Of a DNA stretch of 64,000 nt, positions 39,250 to 52,029 are shown piece after piece. The first letter of the stretch is position 1; each line of letters starts with the position of its first letter. The translations under genes were made by a program, and so were the position numbers. Origin of the DNA: the human T2T-CHM13v2.0 reference genome, Homo sapiens; assembly GCF_009914755.1 (NCBI RefSeq), contig NC_060944.1; one strand, 5' to 3'. The notes below the pieces were generated by a model, which worked only from the letters and a program-made list of their open reading frames with translations, had not been told where the DNA came from and searched no databases.

Positions 39250-39600
39250 CCAAATGAGAGTGTGGAGCAACTGGAAGTCCCATACATTGATGGTGGGAAT
39301 GTGAAATGGGATAAGCCACTTTGAAAAGTGTTTTGGCAATTAAAAAAAATTAAACATGCATCTCTCCTATCACCCAGCAATTCCACTCTGAGGTATATCT
39401 ACAAGAGAAACAAAAACATGTCAACAAGAATGTTCATAAGCAGCTTTATCCATAACAGCCCCACACTGGAAATTACCCAAATGTCTACCAACAGGGGAAT
39501 GAGTGACTAAGCTGTAGTCGATTCACGCCGTGAAATACTACTCGGCAATAAGAAGGAACACACTACTGATCCACGCAACACCATGGATAAGGGCTGTTAC
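39250..39600 (+). mobile_element. L1MC/ME 3' fragment
   Basis: GTGGAGCAACTGGAA...CACTTTGAAAAG...CCCAGCAATTCCACTC...AAGAATGTTCATAAGCAGCTTTATCCATAACAGCC. Confidence 0.8.
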
Positions 39601-40630
39601 TCTTGAGATGTCTTGCTTTCAGAAATACGGACATGGTTCAGAAACTATCAAAAGTGGTTGGCCCTGGATGTGACGGAAGGTGAGGGGGCAGGGGCCAGGA
39701 ACGGTTGTTTTACTCTTCCAGCCTTTCTGCACTTCTGGTAATTTGAAAAACTGCATGCTATTTAATTTCATCATGCTTCCAAGGTCTGTTTCTGCTTTTT
39801 AGCCAATTGACTGCCAGCTGAAGTCTAGTTAAATAACTGGCAGCCCCACTTCTTAGGTTCAGTTTGGACACTTAGCGTCCAACTTGGAGGAGATGAATAT
39901 CAAATGCATGTAATTACATAACTTGGCCCAAAGTGAAGGAAATGAATTATCTAGGTGACCAGGACTGGGTGGCTGTGGTCCAAGAGTGGCGGGGCAGAAG
40001 AACTCATTCCCGAGGAGGGACGAGTTGGGGGCATCTCACATGAAAGTGACCTTGAGAATAAAGCCCCACATCTGCAGGTCACCTGTGTCCTCTGAGAATG
40101 TGGCCATTAGTTTTGACAGCGCCTCAGCCAGGAGCCTATAAATGAACGAAAAAGACTACTAGAGAAGGGTGCTGTTTTACATAAATTGAGGATTGTATGA
40201 GAAAATAGTTTCTCATGCTGATTGGCACCGCAGTCTCTGGTGTATTCAAAATGCAAATGAAAACAACCTTTGCTGAACAGGACTCTTTGCATCTGGAATG
40301 CTTCAGACAGTAAATCCAGAACTTCAAAGACAAGAGAAATTAGGGGTTGGCTGCCCATATTACATAAGATTTATCATTTTTACAAAGTAGCAGATCTTGG
40401 CATGTGATTTGTTTCACAAAAACTCTATTTAGACACCTCCTTCCGTCCTCTTATAAGGCCCGCCTGCAGTAGTCAACCTGGCCATTTCCTGTGTCCTGTC
40501 CCCCCATTGCCATCCCATACACTCCATGGGGACAGGGCTCTTCTCTGGGTCTGTCATCATTTTATTCCCACTGCTCAGCACAGGGCTTGCCCCGCTTTAG
40601 AAGCCCAGGATATATTTCTTGTGTGAACAG

Positions 40631-41058
40631 TGTTAAAGAAAAAATTATTCCCATGCTTGTTAAAATAATAAGGAAGACTTTACTCAGGACAACTACAATA
40701 GCTGTCAAGATGATTGTAATAGGGAAAAGATTGAGCTCAATTCTGAATACAAGAACACATTTGGGTTTATAGCCAAGGAGCAGGTTGCAAGGTTGTGGAT
40801 GGAAATTTACCAAAGAGACATCAAGATTGGAGGGATTCTTGCTGGACTTGACCAAGTGAGGTTCTGGCTGACGGCAGGCCAGGGTGACCAGATATCTAGG
40901 GTGGGCGTTGAGGGGATGCTTTCTAAACTGACTTATCAGGATTCTTGCTGAAATTGGGCTAGGCAAGCCTGGCAAGGATGGGGCCGAGGTAAAGGTCTGG
41001 TTGAGAAGAAGGCTTAGAGGACCTGATTAACGTTTGGTTAAGGAGAGAGTCTTTGTCA
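40631..41058 (-). mobile_element. MER31-like ERV1 solo LTR
   Basis: TGTTAAAGAAAAAATTATTC...GATTGAGCTCAATTCTGAATAC...TTTGGTTAAGGAGAGAGTCTTTGTCA. Confidence 0.8.
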
Positions 41059-41446
41059 AAGGCTGAATGCAAGGTTTCTTTGTCTCGAACTAGTTCTTTA
41101 GGTTTTCAAGTGCATCATTATTAATATTTTAGGTCGACATTCCAGTAAGACTTGTCTTTTATTGGGTTTCTGCTTGTGGTTTATTTTCTTTGTTATGTGT
41201 TGGGTTGGGGCTCTTCGTAAGCAACAGGAACTGACTCAGGCTGCAGAGTAAAGCAGTTTCAACTGCATTTGATGTTTTGGTCACCCTACCTAAGATGCAG
41301 CTTCTAAGAGGAGAGCACAGATTGGCCAGTACGGGACTTGTCACCTTGATTGGCAGGTCCTCCAGACTGTATCCAAGGCGGCAAGCTTTGTTCCCCCAAA
41401 GAGAATTGGGATGCTGTTACTGGAGAAACAGAAACAACTGAGGAAA

Positions 41447-42075
41447 CAGTGGTTCTCAACCCTACCAGACTAACTCAACAGCCACCTTTATGACAAATAT
41501 TGTATAAAGCCTCCTTACACTTCTGAAATGAAATTCATAAATAATATGACCTACCTATATACAAAATTGAAGAAATCAGACTATTGTCCTCGCTATAATG
41601 TCAAGGAGAAATAAAAAGGAATCTAACTTGTAGAATATTGCTTATAATAACAATAACAAAACAATAGAATTGCACAAAATTAATGCATATATGTGCTTGG
41701 GGACAGATGTGCTACAAGGCATAAAATACGAGTGAAATATTTGCTTCTACCATTGATGAATATGTCTGGACTTAAAAATGCAAGATAACCAAAAGTCATC
41801 CTGTCTAAGAAGTACAGAAAATTAAAAGGCAGAGGAGGAGTGAAGAAAACACATTTAATGTGCATTAAAAGATGCATCAAATGCTTTGTGTTCCTATGGA
41901 GTTAGATTTGAGGCTCATTTATTATAAATAGAGTTTTTGTCTGCGGGAATATCCAGAAAGACATTTAAAAGTCATGGAGGATGCAAGATAATTATTTGTT
42001 GTGTGGGATTGTTTTGCATGCGATGGTAGTGATAGCGTCCTGTGCTCCTGTCTACTAAATGCCAGGAGCCCTCGT
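41447..42075. mobile_element. hAT-Charlie DNA transposon fragments
   Basis: CAGTGGTTCTCAACC terminal repeat; later GATAATTATTTGTTGTGTGGGATTG...CTAAATGCCAG. Confidence 0.5.
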
Positions 42076-42588
42076 AAGGAAAATATGGGGAAAATTTTGA
42101 AGTTTAGTGTGTGTCTTGACTAGCTCATCAGCCCAGGTGATCTTTGTCTTCATTGTCTCTAACTAGACTATTTTCTAGTTCTTTATAGATACAAGTCTAT
42201 TTGTAGCAAATTCAGAGCAATGCAATTCCTGTCCATAGAGATGTACATTATGTCTAGTCGGGTTCAATGCACTCCCTTCCTCCATTATGAAATAAGCCCG
42301 TTTTGCATCTACTAATCAAATGCATTTCAGCATTCCTAATAGCCTATAAATGTGTCTGCTCTTTGAATTTCCTTTTGAATTGGTTTTAAAACCTTTCTAC
42401 TTCCCTCATCCATTACTGAGTTAAATAAAACTGTTGACACATATTCTTTTAATATTTGTTTGAGAGTCATGATTTTATCTTAAAAAATTAGGCTTTGATA
42501 ATTTCAATCATTGTGGAACCAAAAATTCACCCCTCATAATTTCAAAACTCCCTAGAAAACAATACTATACCCACTGTGAGTCACTGCA

Positions 42589-42643
<55 letters not shown>
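42589..42643. repeat. (CA)n microsatellite
   Basis: Pure CA run of ~27 units. Confidence 0.95.
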
Positions 42644-42646
<3 letters not shown>

Positions 42647-43924
42647 AAATGATAAACCTACAGATACTGAATTTATTTTCTCTTCTGTGTATCGTGTGAC
42701 CTGGTAGTTGACTGAATGCTATATCGCCCCTGTTTTACAAATGTTCTACTTTGGAATTTTAGGGTTTGAAACTGGAAGCTCAAGATGGGCACCTGCAGAT
42801 CACACTTTATTCATAGCCATTTTTCTTTAACCAAAATCCTCGGCTTTTTGGCTTTCGTACGAGGAGAGGAAAATCACAGTTCCAGAGATGACCGGACACT
42901 CTTCAACACTTTTATGAAAGGGAATTACATTTTGTATAATTCTAATCTTCTCAGCCATGGTTGTTTCTTTGTTGTGGGGTATTTTTAAGCATCAAAAGGA
43001 AGAAGAAGGAAAAAATCCAGAGACCACCCCCAAGCCTGAAATCCTGTTAAACCTCACACAAAACCAAAGCCAACAGACCTTGACAGAATAAGCTCATAAA
43101 CGAACAGAGCACAGTCTTAGGGGTGAGATCCTGTGCGGTCCTTCATAAGCTCAATTCCTCCCATCTGGACAACGGGGGACAGAGCAGGTTTCCTATTTTC
43201 CAGGTATTCTGGTTGGCTACTTGCCACGGAAAGAACCATTCTTTGATCTTTGGGTTTAGTGCTCGTTTTCATAGCTCCGGTCCTTTTACAAGGAAGGGGC
43301 AGAAATCATCACTCAAGGTAGGCAGCAGAACACGAAAGAGGCTTGGATGTTTTTTGTGCCCTGTTGGATGAAATTAGCATCCTGACAAAGAAAGTTCTTG
43401 CTAATAGATCAGGGGGTCACGGTAGGGAGGATGAGATCTCTTTCCTAAAATACTTATACCCTGATCAATGTAGGACATATTTCCAATACTGAGAACAGCT
43501 TCTAAAGCATTTTTTCTGAAGGGTTTTATGATATTAGAATACTAATAATTGCTAGCAAATACTCAAAAATACTAAAAAATCCCCCAAAGTGTGGTGCGAA
43601 TGCACAATGGTGTGTGACCCGTGCATCAGCTCCCATGTGTTGTGGGTGTGCACCTCCCGTGCTCCCCGGTATGCCTCTGGGACCACCTGCTTCCCCTCCT
43701 GGCCTCCTTCCCTCCAGCCAACAACCCCGGCCCCTTATTCTTCCTCTAAGAGGCCAAACTCATGCCCATCTTGGCTTGTTTCTACTCTCTGTTTACACCT
43801 CTGCAATGCTCTGTCCCTGGGAGCCAAATGACATACTTTCCCTCCCTGTGATGAATTCAGGTTTCTTCTCCAATGTCCTCTCTCTCAGGAGGCCTTCCTG
43901 ACCACCTGTCTAAAGTAACTCCTT

Positions 43925-44245
43925 GGCCAGGTGCAGTGGCTCATGCCTGGAATCCCAGCAATTTCGGAGGCTGAGGTGGGTGGATCACTAGAGGTCAGGA
44001 GTTCAAGACCAGCCTGGCCAACATGGTGAAACCCCGTCTCTACTAAAAATACAAGAATTAGCCAGGCGTGGTGGCGGGCACCTGTAATCTCAGCAACCCA
44101 GGAGGCTGAGGCAGGAGAATCGCTTGAGCCTGGGAGGCGGGGAGGTTACAGTGAGCTGAGATCACGCCACTGCTCTCCAGCCTGGGCAACATAGTGAGAA
44201 TCCATCTCAAAATAAATAGGCAAGTAAGTAAGTAGATAAATAAAT
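43925..44245 (+). mobile_element. AluS inserted into an L2
   Basis: GGCCAGGTGCAGTGGCTCATGCC...; TAAA/TAAG tail; TSD TAACTCCT. Confidence 0.94.
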
Positions 44246-44315
44246 AACTCCTCCATCCCTCTTGATCCTATTATCCCACCTTATTTTTTTCATAGCACTT
44301 TTCATTTGACGTTGC

Positions 44316-44614
44316 AGGTGCTTCTCAAGATACAATGAGGCCACGTCCTGACAAAACCACTGTAAGCTGAAAATGTATTAAATCAAACAGTTGTTAACTC
44401 CAGCTGCTCCTTGGGTTATGATGGGGTTATGTCCTGATAAACCCATCATAAGTAGAAAATATTGTTAATTTGAAAATGCATTTAATACACCTAGTCTACC
44501 AAATATCGTAGCTTACTTATCCTAGCCTACCTTAAACATGCTCAGAACACTTTCACACCATTGTAAAGTTGAAAAATCATTAAGTCAAGCCATCCTAAGT
44601 TGGGGATCATCTGT
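44316..44614. mobile_element. Tigger4 (Zombi)-like MITE with duplicated 5' end
   Basis: GATGGGGTTATGTCCTGATAAACCCATCATAAGT...GAAAATGCATTTAATACACCTA...CCTAGCCTACCTTAAACATGCTCAGAACACTT...TAAGTTGGGGATCATCTGTA. Confidence 0.82.
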
Positions 44615-45419
44615 ATTGCATATCTATTTTTTAAAGTTGGTTATTGTCTTTCTTCCCATTAGAAGGTCAAGTCCAAGAGGGTAGGGATTGTGTTTTGTTC
44701 ACAACGCTGTTTTGCTCCAGTGCTTGGGACAGAAGATGGTACATAGTAGGACCTCAACCAATATTTACTGACTGAATGTGAGTCTGCTTTTCTTTGAAGC
44801 ACCAGCCTAGACCTGCCTCCTTCTTGATCCTCTTAGGATGCCCATCAGACTCAGTTCCTCTTCCCTCAGTGGCCTCATCGTATGTTTGTGGCCAACACAT
44901 GCTTTTTGAGGCCTATGGCTGGGAGGCTAGATCTAGGAAGACAACAGAATTCCTGCCTCCCGGAGCCGACATTCTCACAGGGGAAAATGGATATTAAACA
45001 TGTGGTTTGTATCTCCATCTAGTTCTTAAATTTCCTTCTACCTCATTTTATATTTACTTTGATCATTTGTTCAAAAAGCAATTTCTCTGTGTGTGTTTCT
45101 CTTACCATTTGAAAAAACTGGGTGAAGCACTAGGGAAACTGAACTATAATAGAGACGGAGGGATCAATGTTTGGGCTAAGGATGGGAGTGGGACAACAAG
45201 GGAGAAATCAGAGAAGGCTTCACAGAAGAAGTGACAGAAATAGAAGGATGAGTAAGAGTTCACCAGAAGTGGGACTGAGAGGGAGAGGCACCTGGGCGGA
45301 GGGAGTGGTCTGTGTAAAGGTGTAGAGGCCAAAGAGCTGCTATTGATGGAAGAGAGCATCATTTGAAATACCCTAAAAGTGATCAAACTTTCTAGATGAT
45401 AACTCAGCTTCTCATGTCC

Positions 45420-45504
45420 CAATGCAACGCAATCCAACCTGATCCAACCCAAACTGACCCAATCTGATTCAATCCAATCTGATTTGATCCATCCAATCCA
45501 ATCC
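45420..45504. repeat. Degenerate pentanucleotide (CAATC)n-like repeat
   Basis: CAATG CAACG CAATC CAACC TGATC CAACC...CAATC CAATC. Confidence 0.7.
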
Positions 45505-46814
45505 TGGGGTATCTTTTGAGAGCTGGCCAAGTGCAAAGCATTGTGGAGGATGCAGAGAGGCACAGAGCACACCCCTTGCCCTCAAGGCATTCTGGGTCTT
45601 TCCAGGAAGGCTGGTATTTACAGGCAAATAAGAGGAAAGAATCTGATTTGTGTTTAAGGCATCACAGGACGATGGGCAAACACACACGGCTTGGAGATTT
45701 GTGCCCAATTCACTTGGTAAGTGAAAAGTAGCAAACCTTATTAGATAGTGGCCAGGTCATCCATCCATTCATTCATTCATTCACTCACTCACCTGACAAG
45801 GATGTATTGAGCACCTACACCACGTACTTGGCGCATTCTAGGTGTCTGGGAGAAGGAGGTAAACAGGAACGATGAGACCCTTGCTCTCATGGGGCTTACC
45901 CTGAAAATTCACCAAAATATAGGTGAACAGCTGAGTAAATAAGACCTTTTCAGAGCGTGACTGTGCTGTGAAGAAAGTACAGCGGGGCAGTGGACTAGTG
46001 GGGTGTGGGAGCAGCAGGATGGGTCCCCCCCTTCAATGCAGTATCTGGGGAGAAGCCCCTCTGACCTCTATTAGGGCTGAGACTTGCATGTGGAGGACAA
46101 GGTGGGCATGTAAAGGTCTGCCAGAGGGCACAGCGAGTTCAAGGCTGGGAGGTGGGGACAGCCACCTGGGTGTATTTTGGGGAACAGAAGGGCCAGAGAA
46201 ACTGTGGGGAAAGTGACATGGCTTTATTCTAACTGGAGATGCAATGAAATAAATTTCTCATTTTCAACTCACTGCTTGCAGGGATCCATTCTTCCCCTAA
46301 CTGGAAGACTGTGATATGTAGAAAGCACTGACAAGGTTTAATTTAATTTAGATTGTTGAAGCCCATCAAATTATTCCATTCCCACCCCCTGGGCCCTTTT
46401 CTTTCCTGCCCTTGAATCTCATCTTCCACTTGGTCCTTTGACAGGGATGACTCGCCTTGTGACGCAGAGTCCCTAAGCCATCCAATTTCCTGCGCATTAT
46501 TAAAATTGTTAAAACACAAAATCCAGGTACAGTTGTTATCTCTCTTATTGATCCATACAGAAAAGAAACAGCCAAGAAAAGGAAAAAAAAAATCACGTGA
46601 CCTTGGATCCATATCAGCTCAGCACAGCTGAACAAAGGCTGGGGAAATTTTCTGGTTGATATGTGAGATTTCATTCTTGGAACAATGATGCTTCCAAACA
46701 ATGATACCACCCATGGCTTTTGTATATGGAGGGCTCATAGAGGCTGTCTGGTGCTGAGGGGTCAGGGAAGGAACTGCTTCTGCACAGGACATTCTTTGTT
46801 TCAGCGGCACTTAG

Positions 46815-47030
46815 TGAGCACTTGGTGTGTACCGAGCATGGCTCTAAGCACTTCACAGGTGTGATCTCATTGAATCTGCCTGACAGCCCTTGGAGAAGTG
46901 ATGTTATTAGCTCCATTTCACAGATAGGAAAACTGAGGCCTGGAATGGTGAAGTGTTTCCTGTTCATCATAGAGTGAGTAAGAGATGGCACCTGGATTAA
47001 CAGCAGTCTGTTTCACAGCCCGTGCTGGTC
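46815..47030 (-). mobile_element. MIR
   Basis: TGAGCACTT...ATCTCATTGAATC...CCATTTCACAGATAGGAAAACTGAGGC. Confidence 0.8.
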
Positions 47031-48299
47031 AGCCCACCTGGTTGACTGATGCAGCTGGGCGACCTTGGTCCAGGTGTTTCACCTCCCTGTGTCTCAGGTT
47101 TCTTCTCTGGAAAGTGAGGACGATAGTCACACTTTCCCGATGAGGCTGTTGAGAGGATCAGATGGGCGCCAGGAGCCTGGCAAGGGCTGCACAGCTACGA
47201 GCTGTCATTGCATCTGAAAACCTGCCATTGGAAAAAAAAAGGCAGATGATCTTCTGTGGGAGCCACAAAAATCAGGATTCCAAGATGCCCCCACCTCTGC
47301 CTATACACGGGGCTGTAGCTCCAACAGTCACAGTTAGTTCACTGAGATCAGCCTCCCAGATATCACATAGGCCGTTCTCCGTGGGGGGTTAACAGTCTCC
47401 TAGTAAGTGCTTCACTTGCGGCTTCTCTGGAGTTGCTGGTGTGTGTGTGTATTTGTGTGCTTGTATGTGTACGTGTGTGCGTGTGTATGTGTGTATATAT
47501 GGGTGTGTACGTGTGTGTGATTGTGTTTGTGCATGTGTGTGTGTACCCGGGTTACAGAAGGGGCTCTGGGGTCAGATGGCCTGAGATTTAACCCCACTCT
47601 TCAGCTACTCATTAGCCCACAACCTCAGGCAAATGACTTAACCCCGTGGTGCTTCTGTGTCCTCCTTCATGCTGTCGTGACTATCATAGCCCCGACCTAT
47701 AGGGTTGATGTGAAGATTAGATGAATTAGTCTGTATGAAGCTCTTAGAAGGGGCCCTGGCACAGGACTGGTGCTGGACACATGTCATTACCACCCATGAT
47801 CCCCAGGCGTCTACCGCACACCAGCTCTATGCAGGACCCTGGGGTGAATGCCACATAGACCCCTTCCCCTCAGGCAGCGCCAGCCTGGGTGGAGGGGGAG
47901 TGTTCCAGCCCCACTGGTAACTAGCTGGGTGGCCTGGGCCAGCTTCTTCACCTCTCTGTGCCTTCACTCGCCTCCGGAAAGTGGGGACGATAGTCACACT
48001 TACCCGAGGATGACATTGAGAGGATTCAACAAGCGCCAGGAGCCCAGCTAGGGCTGGTTAGCTATGAGCTGCCATTCCTATCATTGTCATGTCTCTGTTT
48101 GTTCTCTGTCCTTGGCCGCTTCACTGTTCCTCCAGCAATCTAGATGCGTTCCTGCCTGGTGGTCCTGCCGCTCCCTCTGCATGGCCCTCACCTCCCCTGG
48201 ATCTTCATTTAGTGACTTCTGGTCACACATTGCTCCCTTGGGAGGCCTCCCAGCCAGGCCATCCAATGGAGCTCTTCATCCACCACTGGCCACTCTCCA

Positions 48300-48491
48300 G
48301 CCAACAGCAGCAAACTACAGCTGGGGGACAAATCCAGTCCGCTGCCTGTTTTTGTCAATAAAGTTTTATTGGGATACAACCACTTGGATCTGCCTGCATA
48401 TCATCTATGGCTGCCTTCTTGCTTCAGGGGCTTGGTTGACTACTTGCGACAGAGACTATATAGACCAGAAAGCCCAAAGCATTTTCTATCT
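48300..48491. mobile_element. MER58A, truncated at its right end
   Basis: GCAAACTACAGC...AAATCCAGTCCGCTGCCTGTTTTTGTCAATAAAGTTTTATTGG...GCGACAGAGAC...AAAGC...TTTCTATCTG, then breaks off. Confidence 0.82.
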
Positions 48492-49633
48492 GATCCCTCT
48501 GGCTGCATGGAGGAGATGGGGTGGATGTTGGATGTTGGGTGAGGTTGTGGGGAGACCTTCTGTCCTTGCACAGCATAGAGAATGCTGAGGGTTCCCAGAC
48601 ACTGGGCCTGCAGGCAGAGAGATTATGTAGAGCAAAGCTGAGTCTTAGAGGCCAGGTAGGCCCTGACCGTTCCAAGGGTGGGTCACATTTCTGGCCCCCA
48701 GCATTGTTCTCTGAGAAATGGAAGATTTAATACTCTGGGACTCAGATAAGGGCCCTTCTGCCTCTAAAGTCTTGCGTGTCTGCCCAAGGTCATGCTGCCC
48801 ATGACTTCACAGAAAGTTCGTTGGCTCCTGTTCTGTTCTGCTATCCCATTTGATTTCCATCAACCCTGAGTTGGGTTCCCAGAAACAGACTCTGGGATGA
48901 GGATTTGAGAGTAAGAAGTTTATTTGGGAGGTGATTCCAGAAAACCCTACAGGGGAGTGGGGCAGTGAGATGGGACAGGGGGTGTGCTATCACACAAGTC
49001 CCCTGCTTCACATCCATCATTGGCAGAGGGCCGCATCTGGGGCGTCAGCTCCCAGCACTTCCCAGGGGCCAAGAGAAGCCCTCAGCTAGAGCCTGGGGCT
49101 TGTGGTCAGATACCTGCCCAGCAAGGACTGGCTGTGTGTCGAGGGCATGTGGGCTACGCCAGCAGCTCTCACACCATCACAGCAACGATTATTTTCCAAA
49201 GGCATTTAGTTAAGTGAATTGCATGTCTATGCCTGTTTCCCTGTCTGATTGGGGCCTCATCACCTGGGCCTTCATGGAGGGTGGGCATCGACGAACACTG
49301 GCTGAGGGCAGCAGGGGTGTTTCTCTCCTTCGGTCTCTCTGCCTTCACAGGATTCCATGCTGCCCCTGCCCCTGCTTATATCTGATCTTATAAGCAGGAC
49401 CGGATGTCATGATTCTACCACTCCTTCTGTTCATTTCTAGTTCTTTTTGGTTCAGTAGTTGTGACAGAGACAACCTTTTCTTCACTGATTTCCCCTTTTA
49501 TACGTGCAAATTGGGAGTGACCCCATGGTCTCCAAGGCTGTGTCTGTCCCAGATTTGTAGCACACAAAACTCTTCCAGGCATAGCCACATTCAGCCTGGA
49601 AAGCTGAATGCATTGAATGATTCCTCTGGGATC

Positions 49634-49948
49634 CTTCTTCTTCTTCTTTTTTTTTTTTTTTTTTTTTTTTTTTGAGATAGAGTCGTGCTCTGTCACCCAG
49701 GCTGGAGTGCAGTGGTGCAATCTCACCTCACTACAATCTCTGCTTCCTGGGCTCAAGCGATCCTCCTACCTCAGCCTCTTGAGTAGCTGGGACTACAGGT
49801 ACATGCCACCACACCCAGCTAATTTTTTGTATTTTTTTTTTTTAGAGCCATGTTACCTAGGCTAGTCTTGAACTCCTGAACTCAAGCAATTCATCTGCCT
49901 CAGCCTTCCAAAGTGCTGGGATTACAGGTGTGGGCCATCCTGCCCAAC
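49634..49948 (-). mobile_element. AluJ
   Basis: (CTT)n/poly-T tail, GAGATAGAGTC...CCTGGGCTCAAGCGATCCTCC...CCAAAGTGCTGGGATTACAGG. Confidence 0.93.
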
Positions 49949-52029
49949 CTCCTTCTGTTCATTTCTGACCAGGCATGGTGACCTTGCCTGGGATAGTGAA
50001 TGAGCCAAGACACTGAGCAAGAAACTCAGACAGCAACATCTGGTTCAAGATTTACCCCTCATGGGTTGTGGGAGCTTGGGCAGACACATAAGACTTTAGA
50101 GGCAGAAGGGCCCTTATCTGAGTCCCAGAGTCTCAAATCTTCAAATTTTCAGACAGGGACGTTGGGGTTTGGAAATGTGACTCACCCATGGAACAGTCAG
50201 GGTCTACCTGGCCTCTAAGACTCAGCTTCACTCGACATAATCTCTGCCTGCAGGCTCAGTGTCTGGGAAGCCTCAGCATCCTCTATGCTGTGTGAGGACA
50301 GAGCATCTCCCCCCAAACCCACCCAACATCCAACACCCACCCCACATCCAACACCCCCCTCCCATCTCCTCCATGCAGCAGAGCGATCATTCATTGCATC
50401 AAAACTACACATCACTCCTGCTGTCTAAATGCTTCTATGGCATCACCTGGCCCTAAAAATAAAGACAGAAGCTCCTGAATGTGCTGTGTCAGTGGAATTG
50501 GGTTTGATTGTGAGCAGCAGAGACCTAGAATGATAGAGGCCCAAATAAAGTATAAGAAACAGAGAAAAGGCCCCCGTGCCTGGGCCCAGTCATCAGGGCT
50601 GAGTGTCAAGAGGACAATCAGAGAGGTAGGCAGGAGCTGCATCTCAGGGGGCTGGTAGGAGGCTGGATTGCACTCTGTGTGTGTGGGATGAAGTCATAGG
50701 AGGATTTTGAGCAGGGGAGCCACATGATTTTATTGTCTTTAAAAAGGTGTACTTGTCTTAGTCTCCATATTACATCTGTTTCAATGACTATTAGGTTAAT
50801 ATCTCCCCTCCCCAACCTCTACCCCAAATGAACTGTCCATGGCTGTAGGAAGCACAGCTATGTTTTTCTCAGCTTCTGTATGTATCTGTGTATGTCCTGC
50901 TTCTAGCACATTGCTTGGCCTGTGGCTGATACTCAGTGAATATTTATAAAGGAGAGAAGGGAGGAGAGGAAAGGAGAGTCTCGAGCCAGGGCAACCCTTT
51001 CTTCACTGATTTCCCCTTTTGTACATGTAAATTGGGAGCGAACCCATGCTCTCCAGGGCTGTGTCTGTCCCAGATTTGTAGCACATAAAACTCTTCCACA
51101 TCGCTGCTGAGGTTGACTGTATGTTGAGCAAGAATAAGTAACGACGGGAGTCACGTTGACTGCAATTCAACCATCTAAAAAGACAGGGGCCTTCAGTCAT
51201 GTGGGTTTGGCAACATTTGTCATCACTGAGGAGAGAGGTAACTAGAGGATGATTTATTGCAACCTTTTCTGGTGTGATAAGAGCCAGTTGCTTAAAGGGG
51301 GAAAACAGATCATCCATGGCTGCTTGCTTAAAGAGTTCTGTGAGTATTTGTTCTTCTTTTCAGCCATATAGAAACTTGGAACTACTTTCTTGTGTTCAGC
51401 AAACTTTACATCTTCTGCAGACTTCAATTACTCAGTTATCCGACCCACTGGCTTACTCTGGAAGGGCTAGGTCCAATGGCTCTGGTTGTTCTAATCCTGT
51501 GTACCCATAGACATTCATTTTGAACTGGAATCTTGTAACTTTAAGAAACAGCAGCCTCATTCAATCATTTCTCAGGATGGCCCATTAGTGGGAGGAGCTG
51601 CATCCAGGTCCACAGGATATACTGACAGGGGATATGTATCAGATGTGAGAGTCCCATATTGGTATTTTGGGTAGTAGATGCTATAGTGTTGGTACCCAGA
51701 GGTATTTTCATGTGAACAGCTCTGTGGTAAGATTTGGACCAAGTTCCTGGCTATGTAACTTTAAGTCTAATTATCTAGCCCTTCTGGGTAGATCTCCTAG
51801 TTACCTGCTATGTTTTAGCAAGTTTCTGCTTAAATTTACTGGACAGAGTTCTGTTGTTTGCAACTAAAGCCCTGACTCATACATGGTACAGGTGTGTGAA
51901 GCTGCCTACGGAGTACCAGAGAGGAAGATGGGAATAAAAGGGGGCACATGTACTTGGACTTAACTGGGACCCTGGAACCAGGAAGCTGGCACACGAGGTG
52001 GGCTATCTGCAATTGATCATACACATTTC

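Noticed and set aside
45420-45504. HSat2/3-like satellite island
   Set aside because: Only ~85 bp and CAATC-based rather than CATTC; an ordinary degenerate pentamer repeat.
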